From the IMG/VR virus record IMGVR_UViG_3300044974_000943: a DNA stretch of 64,000 nt; one strand, written 5' to 3'. Within the stretch, counting starts at the first letter, position 1. Every line of letters begins with the position of its first letter. This document shows, in pieces, positions 8,754 to 17,461 of the stretch. The position numbers and the translations under genes were made by a program. A model generated the notes under the pieces. That model saw nothing but the letters and a program-made list of their open reading frames with translations, searched no databases and was not told where the DNA came from. This stretch comes from a virus.

Positions 8754-9629
8754 ATGAGGCACTTTGCAAACTTTTATTTAAACTTACAAGCCCATGCAGA
8801 AAATGCTTTGCAAGGTTTAGTGGATAAGTATCCTAACTCTGAAGTGGGGTATGGGGCAACAGATTTCTTAGATAATTATGGGAGGCATAATTTTGTAGAA
8901 CATACAAATTTACCATCTAGAGAGGCTGTAAGTACGACTATACCTTATGACAAGCTAGACCTTCAAAACATTAAGGGATTTCCTTACAAGTGGGATGGAC
9001 TAAAACATCTTCAAGGCGCTCACACTCATCCTATGGTGTTATCGGCTAAAGCGGCGGGAGCAATTGGAGAAGATGCAGATATTTCCAATGTACCTAAATA
9101 CCCAAGTTTACAGGATTTCACTACTGATGCAACTAATAGGCAAAGAATACCAGCCCCTAACGGCTCAATCAATCCTTCTTTAGTTATTACCAAAGAGTAT
9201 GGAGAGCCTGTTACTTACAAATATACTGCTGGGGCTAATAGGCAAAATTTTTATTCCCGTCTCAATTCTATACAAGATTCGATTAGACTGGGCTTACTTG
9301 ATAGTGAGTTATACGATAAGCCAGACGAGAATGGTAATCGAGCTTTTGTAAAAGATATATCGAAACCGTTTCTCAGAAGGGCAGCTTTAGAAGAACAGAT
9401 GTCAAACTCTAAAGGATTCTTTCACGAACCTTATATAAACGTAGAAAGACAAGCCGCCAGCCCTATTCCAGTTCAATTGCCAAGTATGGGTACAAGTAGA
9501 CTTGGTGAGACTGTTGCTGCTGCTAATGCTATAGGGCTTGCTCATGGAGGTTACACTCTTAAAAAGGCTTATGACGAGCGTAGAAAGCAGAGACAAGCTG
9601 ATGATGTACAATTAACTAATAAGTATTAA
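8754..9629 (+). CDS. JAB/MPN-like metalloprotease domain protein with MRHFANF leader
   Basis: E(VGYG)...H-T-H-P...P-S-L-Q-D followed by the SLVIT strand fits the JAMM E-HxH-SxxD motif; C-terminal hydrophobic helix plus basic tail. Confidence 0.6.
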   Translation: MRHFANFYLNLQAHAENALQGLVDKYPNSEVGYGATDFLDNYGRHNFVEHTNLPSREAVSTTIPYDKLDLQNIKGFPYKWDGLKHLQGAHTHPMVLSAKAAGAIGEDADISNVPKYPSLQDFTTDATNRQRIPAPNGSINPSLVITKEYGEPVTYKYTAGANRQNFYSRLNSIQDSIRLGLLDSELYDKPDENGNRAFVKDISKPFLRRAALEEQMSNSKGFFHEPYINVERQAASPIPVQLPSMGTSRLGETVAAANAIGLAHGGYTLKKAYDERRKQRQADDVQLTNKY

Positions 9630-9636
9630 TAATTTT

Positions 9637-10839
9637 ATGGACTTAGATTTTCAAGATAGGCTATTAGCTGGCGCTGGTGTTGCAGGTGGTGCAGTACTTG
9701 GTAGTAGATTTATTGCTCCCTACGTCAGTAATAGATGGGGCAGAGAAGATTACTACAAAAGTCAGGCAAATGGACTTGGCTCTCAATCAGACCTAGAATA
9801 CAAGCACCAAGAGAGTCTACGAGACATTCTTCAAAGTGATTTATCAGAGCAAGAAAAAGCCCGAAAAATTAAAATCCTTCAGATGTATAGACAAAAAGAG
9901 TTAGGTCAAACTCTAGTGAATACAGAAAGGAGTGCAGAAAGAAATCAAAGATGGGGTAATGCTAAGGGCGCTGTTGCTGGAACTTTAGGGACTGCTGCTG
10001 TAGGTGGAGCTTTGGGGTTGGGCTACGGACTTAGTAACGATTTTGGTACTAGTAAGAAATGTTTTGCAAATTTTGATGCTTACCTACCTGAAGAAAAAGA
10101 AGAGCAACCTAAAAAGAGAAGCATAAGAAAAGCTGCTGCTATTGCAGTTGGTAGCGGGGCAGGGGTGGCTTTAGGGGCAGATGTTCTTAATAAATTTTCA
10201 AATACTGGAGAAGGGCAATATTATGCAAAAGAAGCAGCAGAAAACTTTGAAAATCTGAAAGGTTCCGTTGGTAAAGGGTTGATTAAAGCGGGAGAACATT
10301 TACAAGGTTATAATTTTCCAGAAGGACTTAGATATAGACCTTACAACTTGGATGATTGGGGTCATCATTCTTTTAGTAAAGCTGAAAAGACTGCAAAATT
10401 TACCCGCAAACACAACTCAACTTACGTGCAGTTCAAAAAAGCCTATAATCAAGCCGTAGCAAACTTTATTGACCCCTCAGCAATTGCAAGTGAAGGTATT
10501 GGCGATTATTTAGGTCTAGGTCTAGGCAGTCTCGCAGGTGCGGAAATCGGTCGTGCTGGCTCTGCTCAAATCAAAGCTAAAGCTCTTAGACGTAGTGCTG
10601 ACCCTAACGAACGCCACAATCAAATATTGGCTCAACAACTAGAAGCTGCACAACAAATACAAGACCCTGTACAACGCGCAAGAGCTATTGAGAAAGCACA
10701 ATCTCAAGCTGACTACGAATCTGCCAAACTGCAACGCTGGGCTGGTTTAAAAGGCGGTCTATTGCAAGCAGGGTATACTGGACTAGGTGCAACTACAGGA
10801 CTACTTGGTAATACAATTGCACATCACTGGGACAACTAA
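9637..10839 (+). CDS. Putative glycine-zipper internal head polyprotein
   Basis: Five GxxxG-rich segments; junction motifs KKCFANF, EKTAKF, AVANF. Confidence 0.55.
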   Translation: MDLDFQDRLLAGAGVAGGAVLGSRFIAPYVSNRWGREDYYKSQANGLGSQSDLEYKHQESLRDILQSDLSEQEKARKIKILQMYRQKELGQTLVNTERSAERNQRWGNAKGAVAGTLGTAAVGGALGLGYGLSNDFGTSKKCFANFDAYLPEEKEEQPKKRSIRKAAAIAVGSGAGVALGADVLNKFSNTGEGQYYAKEAAENFENLKGSVGKGLIKAGEHLQGYNFPEGLRYRPYNLDDWGHHSFSKAEKTAKFTRKHNSTYVQFKKAYNQAVANFIDPSAIASEGIGDYLGLGLGSLAGAEIGRAGSAQIKAKALRRSADPNERHNQILAQQLEAAQQIQDPVQRARAIEKAQSQADYESAKLQRWAGLKGGLLQAGYTGLGATTGLLGNTIAHHWDN

Positions 10840-12875
10840 TGAATAAAAAACCGCTATTACAAAAAGCCAACTTTGCTACAGCACCTTCACTTCTTTCTGC
10901 CGTACCTAACGCAGTAAAAATTGGCGCTGGTGTTGGTGGTGGACTGGGACTTTTGCAAGGCTCTGGAGTTTTGGAGTCAGATGCAGAAAAAAAAGCTACT
11001 AATGTTGGTAATCGATTAGGTAAGGTACTGACAAGCACAACTGTAGGTGCTGGACTAGGTGCTGGTGCAGGATACGCAGTTAATCGCTACAATTTATCTA
11101 AGGCTCCAGAAAGGGAGTTGCAACGTAGAGAAGCTGTCGTAGCTGAGCATGAAGCAGCTAACCCTAGAGGCATTCGTAAAGCTGTTAAAAGGGTTAATAA
11201 AGAAGTTGAAGCTGTAAAAAATAAAGTTCAAGAAGTTGTAGCTCCAAATCTTGACCAGAGAGAAGCTAGGATGGCTGAAGAACTTAAGCGTCAGTCTACC
11301 CAACCTGAACCAACTCCATTGATTGACCAAGCTATAAGTTGGGAAAGAAATATCGCAGCTAAAACTCAAGAAAAAGTTGGCGGATTGCTTGATAGACTTA
11401 AAGGCAAAGGTAATTCGACTCGGAGAGAGGCAGGTGGAGGTATCCCCCCAAATACAGTAAACGTAAATTCAACCACAGACCTAAGTAAAATGATTCGTAA
11501 ATCAGCAAACTTCCAAGACCCAGCTACAATTCAACGCCTAATCCAACACGGTAGCACCTACATCCCTCAAAACAATACTGGGGTTATCAGCCTCGAATCT
11601 ACCTTGCGCGGCAAGATACAGAAAAAGAAACTGCGTGACCCTAAAGTACCAGCAAGTATGGGTGTTAAGGAAATCAACTCGATGATTGAATCGGGCAAGC
11701 CAGTAGGCAAGTACTTCAATAAAGAAATTCGTAAGTCTGCCAGTTTTGAGATTTCTCCAGTTCAAATAGCTGCTGGTGTGGGTGGGTTGGCTGGGTTGGT
11801 AGGGGGAGGTTTACTAGGGAGAAAGTTGGCAGGTAAGCCTATTCCTCTTGATTCAGACCTAGAAACTAAGTACAATAACTTGTACCAACAAATTCTTACA
11901 AACCCTGAGAGAAAAGATTTACAAGAAGAGTACGACAGAATGACTTACGAACTTGCTGAGACACCAACTGCAAAAAGAAATGCAAAAAGAGCATTCTATC
12001 CAGTTGCAGGTATGATAGGAGGAAGACTTGCTGGGGCTGGACTAGGTGCTGTAGCTGGCGCAATGTACGAAAATAGTCAGTACAGTAATAAAATCCGTAA
12101 GTCTGCAAACTTCCTCAAGCCCCAGCAACAAGCTGAGTTCGGTATTGGCGACCAAATCAACAGCGCTTTGACATCGGCAGGTAAATTAATCACGCAACCC
12201 GTAGCTAAAGCAGTTCGTAAAGCTGCTACCAAAATTCCTGCTGGCGATAGATTTTTAGGTGGTATCCCTATTATTGGTTCCAGACTAGATGGTGGTGCTA
12301 AAGCTGCTGCTGCTGGTACTTACGATGCTTTACAAGGGGCTGCTAAAGTACTTGATTCCGATAAAGCGGCTAAACTTACTGCTATCGGTGTTGGTGGTAC
12401 TGCACTGGCTGGTGGTGGATTGCTTGCTGCTAAACTAGCACAAAAGAAACAAGAAAACGAAGCTCGTTATAGCAAAAGCATCCGTAAGTCTGCATCGTTT
12501 GGCATCATTCCTACTGGTTTAGTTAATGGCGCTCAAAAAGTTGCTAGAGGTGCTGCAAATCGTTTTGGCAATCTATCTCCTCAAATCAATGCCGCTAATG
12601 TCGGTACTGCTGTTGGTGCGGGTCTAGGCGCTCTTGAAGGTTCTGGTATCAATGAAACAGAAGAGCAACGAAGAAGCACAGGTTTGGTCGGTCGTGCAGG
12701 TAAAGTACTTGGTATGACTGGATTAGGTGCTGGTGTAGGTCGTGGAGTTGGTTCAGTTGCTGGCGCTGGTGTCAATCGTTATCAAGCTAACCAACGTTTA
12801 CAGAGTCGTCGCAAGGATAATCCAGACGCATTCAAGAATCCCAACACAGTTCCACGCTCTATAGAAATCGAATAG
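10839..12875 (+). CDS. Glycine-zipper polyprotein with four IRKSA[NS]F linkers
   Basis: N-terminal QKANF. IRKSANF/IRKSASF at 11493, 11727, 12093 and 12480. First and last modules are paralogous. Confidence 0.6.
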   Translation: MNKKPLLQKANFATAPSLLSAVPNAVKIGAGVGGGLGLLQGSGVLESDAEKKATNVGNRLGKVLTSTTVGAGLGAGAGYAVNRYNLSKAPERELQRREAVVAEHEAANPRGIRKAVKRVNKEVEAVKNKVQEVVAPNLDQREARMAEELKRQSTQPEPTPLIDQAISWERNIAAKTQEKVGGLLDRLKGKGNSTRREAGGGIPPNTVNVNSTTDLSKMIRKSANFQDPATIQRLIQHGSTYIPQNNTGVISLESTLRGKIQKKKLRDPKVPASMGVKEINSMIESGKPVGKYFNKEIRKSASFEISPVQIAAGVGGLAGLVGGGLLGRKLAGKPIPLDSDLETKYNNLYQQILTNPERKDLQEEYDRMTYELAETPTAKRNAKRAFYPVAGMIGGRLAGAGLGAVAGAMYENSQYSNKIRKSANFLKPQQQAEFGIGDQINSALTSAGKLITQPVAKAVRKAATKIPAGDRFLGGIPIIGSRLDGGAKAAAAGTYDALQGAAKVLDSDKAAKLTAIGVGGTALAGGGLLAAKLAQKKQENEARYSKSIRKSASFGIIPTGLVNGAQKVARGAANRFGNLSPQINAANVGTAVGAGLGALEGSGINETEEQRRSTGLVGRAGKVLGMTGLGAGVGRGVGSVAGAGVNRYQANQRLQSRRKDNPDAFKNPNTVPRSIEIE

Positions 12876-12908
12876 CAGTCATTACGTCAGTTACGGGAAA
12901 AAGCCATA

Positions 12909-12949
12909 AATAATGCCATGCTGAGAAATTAGTGTGGCATTATTGTTTT
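12909..12949 (+). terminator. Intrinsic terminator hairpin after the cargo block
   Basis: AATAATGCCATGCTGA-GAAA-TTAGTGTGGCATTATT followed by GTTTT. Confidence 0.65.
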
Positions 12950-12974
12950 AATCCTAAAAACGAAAATAATAAAA

Positions 12975-13844
12975 ATGGATGAAGAACAAGATTTAGGCGC
13001 TCAGGACGCTGGTATGGAAGGAGCGACCGAACTCAATCCTACCAATGCTTTTGGCGAATTACTTCTAGACTTAATTGAAGCCCAATATGAAGGCGACATT
13101 GATGCTGGTGTACAAGCTCTCGTTCAAGCTACTGGTTTGAGCGAAGAAGACGTAACTGGCTACATTAGCGGTGAAAATATCGTTGATGATGCTGACATTC
13201 TCGAAGCAATGATTGGAGCCTTCCCTGACGCTAACGACGAAGATATTCAAACTATTATCGAAGTTGCAAGCGGAGTTGAAGAAGCTGACCGTCAAGCTCT
13301 AGAAGCACAATACGAAAATGAAGGCGCTGAAGGAGGCGCAGAAGAACCTATGACTGAAGACGCTGCTAATTACGCTGCGGCATATAATCCCGCAATTCAA
13401 GCTAACTTTAATCGTGCAGTTGCCGATGAAATTCAACGAGTACGCGCAGAAAATGAAGCTCTCCATGCTAATTTTGCTCAGGCTCAGTTCCAAGCTAACC
13501 TTTCTCAAGCCTTAACTGACTTGAACGCTCGTATTAGTCAAGACGTTGTTGACGGTGTTATCACCCCTGCAATGAAGGAAGCTCTTATTGGTAATTTCTC
13601 TGACCCTCGCCAACGAGTAGCTCAATTTACTGGTATTGCTCAAACTAACGGTGCGCGTGACTTGCAAGAACAACTCAATATGTCGGAGTTTGCTTACTCT
13701 CTATTGCGTAATGTTGCAAATGTAACCCAGTTCACTGACTTCTCTGTTAGTGCTGAAGAAGTTGCAACTGCTAATTTCTCATCTAGCCTTGAAGAAGCTG
13801 CTAAGGGCGACTTGATTGCTATGGGTCTGGATTTCGGACTATAA
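12975..13844 (+). CDS. Capsid scaffolding protein
   Basis: Highly acidic and helical; lies between protease and decoration/MCP genes; multiple ANF/AQF motifs. Confidence 0.65.
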   Translation: MDEEQDLGAQDAGMEGATELNPTNAFGELLLDLIEAQYEGDIDAGVQALVQATGLSEEDVTGYISGENIVDDADILEAMIGAFPDANDEDIQTIIEVASGVEEADRQALEAQYENEGAEGGAEEPMTEDAANYAAAYNPAIQANFNRAVADEIQRVRAENEALHANFAQAQFQANLSQALTDLNARISQDVVDGVITPAMKEALIGNFSDPRQRVAQFTGIAQTNGARDLQEQLNMSEFAYSLLRNVANVTQFTDFSVSAEEVATANFSSSLEEAAKGDLIAMGLDFGL

Positions 13845-13859
13845 GGAGCAAAAAACACA

Positions 13860-14768
13860 ATGTATTTAACAACTGAAAAATATATCCGTAACGGTAAGGC
13901 AATCATTTTCAACGCCGCAGCTAAGAAAGTTGCAATTGATGGTGTTGAAATTAAGAGTGCCGATATTCAACTCAACTCTGAAGGGATTGCCGCAGTTCCC
14001 GAAGGTAGCTTTATTGCTACTACTGGCACTTCTGGCGAAAGAGTTGCCCGTTTTCTTCCTCGCACTCGCTTAAACGCTGCGACCGCTACTAACTCTCCCA
14101 CCGTCTCATTGAAGACTCCTTGTTCTCAATTCAAGGTTGGTGATGTACTGTACGCTAAGCATTGTTTTGCTCGAATCAAGTTTGTTGGCACTTTTGCTAC
14201 TAGTGATGTTATTACTGCCAAGATTGGTGGTGTAACTTACTCGGCAACTGTAGGCGCTACTCAGACTGGTGCTGGTGCTGCTGCTGATTTTGCAACTGCT
14301 AATGCTGCTGCACTATTGACTGCTGGTATTACTTTTGCTCAAGTCGGTTCTACTGCTGTAGCAACTATCTACGCAAATGATAGCTATGATGTGTACTTCA
14401 CTACTTCTGGTGCTGCTGGTCAAGTTGTTGTCGAAACTACTGAAGCTGGTTACTTAGGTGATAACCTCACTCCTCTAGGTACGATTCTTGCAATCGGTGC
14501 TGAAAATGCTACTACTGGTGTTCGCTCGGTGACTTTGGCTGCTAACGCTGCTCAAGCTCTGCCTATCAACTCTATTGTCGGTATTAACGTTGAAGAAGTT
14601 CTCGGTTTGTATCCTGACCCTGTAGACCTAACCAACGAGCCTGTGCGCCATTTTGCAGTTATCAGTGAAATTGCTGGTATCTATCAAAACAATCTGCCCT
14701 ACATTGACCGTCAATTGAAGCGTTTGTTTGGTTTGCACTTGCACATTAAACCATACTTCAACAAATAA
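13860..14768 (+). CDS. Head decoration protein (gpD/Dec-like) with inserted beta-rich domain
   Basis: Immediately upstream of MCP; VPEGSFIA near N-terminus and IYQNNLP near C-terminus are typical of decoration proteins. Confidence 0.55.
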   Translation: MYLTTEKYIRNGKAIIFNAAAKKVAIDGVEIKSADIQLNSEGIAAVPEGSFIATTGTSGERVARFLPRTRLNAATATNSPTVSLKTPCSQFKVGDVLYAKHCFARIKFVGTFATSDVITAKIGGVTYSATVGATQTGAGAAADFATANAAALLTAGITFAQVGSTAVATIYANDSYDVYFTTSGAAGQVVVETTEAGYLGDNLTPLGTILAIGAENATTGVRSVTLAANAAQALPINSIVGINVEEVLGLYPDPVDLTNEPVRHFAVISEIAGIYQNNLPYIDRQLKRLFGLHLHIKPYFNK

Positions 14769-14784
14769 CGGAGAAATATAAAAA

Positions 14785-16032
14785 ATGGCAATGTCCCCTA
14801 TTGAAAGCTTTTTAAAAGAAGCACGCGCTGCTAAGGCGGCGGACTTGGTTATCAACAATACCCTTCGTCAGACCAAAGAACGCAGCAAAGTTCTCAACAC
14901 TTATGTTCCCTTGATTGAAAAGACAGGTCGTGATTGGCTTGCTTATCTTGGGACAACCACAGACCCCATCGCATCGTTAGTTGCCACTGGTCAGGATTAT
15001 CCTGAAGCGAAAAAAGGCGACTTCTCTCGCATTCAAGCTCGTAACTTCAAAGCAGCGATTTCGTATCACTGGGATGAAGATACGCAGTGGCGTATGCAAG
15101 AAGTTAGCGAAATCGCTAAGTTACGCAACATCACCATTCAGAATATTCAAGTTTCTGAAGGTAAAGTGCAGTTAGGTCAAGACAACGAATTGGCTAAGGT
15201 CATTTTTGGTTCGGTAGCTTCTCTTGTTCGTGGTCACATCAATTTGATTGACTATCTTGCTTGGCAGACTCTACAAACTGGTAAAATGGCGTATACCGAC
15301 CGTCGTACAGGTCTGAACGTTTCGTTAAATTGGTTAAAAGCTCAGCCTGTTCGCAGAAATATGTTCCCTCAGCCCGTATATCAAACGGATTACAACGGAA
15401 CTGAAACTGTTGACTCTCTCAAGCGCGACTGGACTCAGCACGAAACTGCTGACCCTTTACAAGACCTTGTAGATATGCACTCTAACTACAAGTGGGTTAA
15501 CGGGTTCCCTGCTGACGAAATTGCAATTAGCGAACGTCTTCTTTTGAATATGGTTCGTTGTAAGTCGGTTAAGGAAGCTGTAGTTGCAGCTAATGTTATC
15601 GGTAACGTTATTACTGGTACTCCTTCTATTGACCAAGTTAATGAAGTTCTAACTCGCAGATTTTTACCTAAGTTCGTCTTAGTTGACGACTATGTAGAAC
15701 TAACAGACAATGAAGGCAAGTCAGTTCCTACTCGTGTACTTGATGAAGGTACTGTAGTATTCCTAAGTCGTCAAGGTCAGTTTAATCGTATTCTTGGCGG
15801 AACTCTTGAGAACGGAGGAAAAGCAGGTATCTACGTCAACACGTACACCAAAGCTGGCGACCCACCTCTTTCCATCACCAACACTGCAAGTATGCAGTTG
15901 GTTGCGGCTCCTACTATTGGTCGCACTGGAAGCGCACGTAAATTTGCTAAATTGGCTAACTTGGAAAGTTCAGTAAATCTTGCGGAATTTACCACTTTCA
16001 ACCCTGCTGACGGTTTAACTGTCATCTCCTAA
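14785..16032 (+). CDS. Major capsid protein (lambda gpE-like family, HK97 fold)
   Basis: 415 aa; LAWQTLQTGK, W-x(5)-ADPLQDL and GDPP...LVAAP motifs are typical of phage capsid E proteins; followed by a strong terminator. Confidence 0.85.
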   Translation: MAMSPIESFLKEARAAKAADLVINNTLRQTKERSKVLNTYVPLIEKTGRDWLAYLGTTTDPIASLVATGQDYPEAKKGDFSRIQARNFKAAISYHWDEDTQWRMQEVSEIAKLRNITIQNIQVSEGKVQLGQDNELAKVIFGSVASLVRGHINLIDYLAWQTLQTGKMAYTDRRTGLNVSLNWLKAQPVRRNMFPQPVYQTDYNGTETVDSLKRDWTQHETADPLQDLVDMHSNYKWVNGFPADEIAISERLLLNMVRCKSVKEAVVAANVIGNVITGTPSIDQVNEVLTRRFLPKFVLVDDYVELTDNEGKSVPTRVLDEGTVVFLSRQGQFNRILGGTLENGGKAGIYVNTYTKAGDPPLSITNTASMQLVAAPTIGRTGSARKFAKLANLESSVNLAEFTTFNPADGLTVIS

Positions 16033-16056
16033 TACTAATACTAATTAGTTAAAATT

Positions 16057-16098
16057 AAATCTCTCCTTAGACATATTGTTTAGGGAGAGATTTTTGTT
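16057..16098 (+). terminator. Intrinsic terminator after MCP
   Basis: AAATCTCTCCTTAGACA-TAT-TGTTTAGGGAGAGATTT followed by TTGTT. Confidence 0.8.
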
Positions 16099-16109
16099 AT
16101 TATAGTTAT

Positions 16110-16184
16110 GTGGGATAGTAATTGCAATACGAAAACAGCTTAAGGACTGCCTCCCACTTTTTTCTTTTATCCTTAATATCCTTA
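16110..16184 (+). promoter_or_regulatory. Structured 5' leader RNA of the GIY-YIG gene (possible pseudoknot)
   Basis: GTGGGA/TCCCAC stem enclosing two small hairpins; loop TTAAGGA is complementary to downstream TCCTTAA and TCCTTA. TGTTATTAT -10 element sits 7 nt upstream. Confidence 0.45.
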
Positions 16185-16194
16185 TTACAAAATT

Positions 16195-17439
16195 ATGGAC
16201 TTCCCTAAATCGGCTGGAATTTACAAAATCACGAATAAAATCAATGGAAAATATTACATTGGTTCAAGCAACAATCTCAATTACAGAAAAAGTACTCACT
16301 TATCAAGATTAAGAAGAGGTAAACACGGTAATAAGCAACTACAGGCTTCTTTCACTAAAAACGGAGAAGATAATTTCTTCTTTGAGATTGTAGAACTTTT
16401 GGAAAACGCTACAGTAAAAGAAATTAGACAATTAGAGCAAACTTATTTAGATGGCGTAGAGGACTGGTCTTTATGCTATAACGTATTGAAGATTACAAAT
16501 CCTGATTCTGAAATTATTCCTATATCGGAAAATACAAGAAAGAAGATGTCGGAAAACAATAAAGGAGAGAAAAATCCTAATTTTGGTAAGGCTGTTTCAG
16601 AAGAGACACGTTTAAAGTTATCAAAAGCTAGATTAGTTCGTGGGTCTGGTGTAACAAAATACGCGGATGATTGTTGGGGTGTAGTTATAAAGGTTGAGAT
16701 TGGAACGAATAAAAAAGTTTGTCTTGGTAAATATAGAACAGAAGAATTAGCAAGACAAGTACGAAAAGTTGCCGAAGAATTGTATATTGATGGTATCGCG
16801 GAAAAACAATCAGAATTAGATGAGTTGTTTACCCACAGAAGAGGAGTAGAAAAAGACGGTAAGTATATAGCTAACTCCAGAATCTATGGGTTAGGAGTAC
16901 GTTTGGTTGAAAGTGGAAGTTGGGCAGCAAGTATTTTTTACAATGGGAAAACTACAGAACTCGGTAGGTACGAAACTGAAGAGCAAGCGCGTCTAGTGAG
17001 AAGTCTTGCTGAGAAAGTATATTGGGATGGACAACATGAATTTAAGAAAGAATTAGAGGCTGCGCGTTCAAAAGCTAAAACTAAAACTAACCAAAAGCGT
17101 AAAGGCGTTGGAGTCAGTAGAAATGGGCATGGTACTTACACAGCCTGTATTACAGTCAACAATAAAACATTTTCTGTAGGTAACTTTGGTACAGAAGAGG
17201 AAGCAAGAGAGCATCGTATCAAAGCCGAAAAATATTATTATGATGGTGATGAATCTTTTGCAGAACTTTTTAACAAACCTAAAAAAGAGCGAGAATTACC
17301 TGTTGGAGTGTATCCTAAGTACAACAAGTTTTACTCTGTTATATCTGTAAACAACAAAACTAAGCGTGTCGGCAGTTTCAACACACCCGAAGAAGCACAT
17401 TTAGCTAGACTTGAAGCTTTACAATCTCTGCTATCATAA
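16195..17439 (+). CDS. Free-standing GIY-YIG homing endonuclease with NUMOD3 and repeated AP2-like DNA-binding domains
   Basis: AGIYKITNKINGKYYIGSS...R...E...YN; SENTRKKMS and SEETRLKLS; four repeats ending in (L/V)G-x-(Y/F)-x-T-x-E-x-A. Confidence 0.9.
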   Translation: MDFPKSAGIYKITNKINGKYYIGSSNNLNYRKSTHLSRLRRGKHGNKQLQASFTKNGEDNFFFEIVELLENATVKEIRQLEQTYLDGVEDWSLCYNVLKITNPDSEIIPISENTRKKMSENNKGEKNPNFGKAVSEETRLKLSKARLVRGSGVTKYADDCWGVVIKVEIGTNKKVCLGKYRTEELARQVRKVAEELYIDGIAEKQSELDELFTHRRGVEKDGKYIANSRIYGLGVRLVESGSWAASIFYNGKTTELGRYETEEQARLVRSLAEKVYWDGQHEFKKELEAARSKAKTKTNQKRKGVGVSRNGHGTYTACITVNNKTFSVGNFGTEEEAREHRIKAEKYYYDGDESFAELFNKPKKERELPVGVYPKYNKFYSVISVNNKTKRVGSFNTPEEAHLARLEALQSLLS

Positions 17440-17461
17440 ATACATCTACACTTATACAACT

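Noticed and set aside
11493-12500. CRISPR-like or DNA-level repeat array at the IRKSA[NS]F repeats
   Set aside because: Spacing is long and irregular and the copies differ at synonymous positions, so selection is on the peptide.
6631-12875. Bacteriocin/RiPP precursor cluster explanation for the glycine-rich ORFs
   Set aside because: No double-glycine leaders, transporter or modification enzymes. Position between protease and scaffold and the shared A-x-F motif fit head cargo better.
16033-17461. Group I intron around the GIY-YIG genes (also 45600-46490)
   Set aside because: Flanking genes appear complete, each endonuclease has its own promoter, and there is no room for an intron core.
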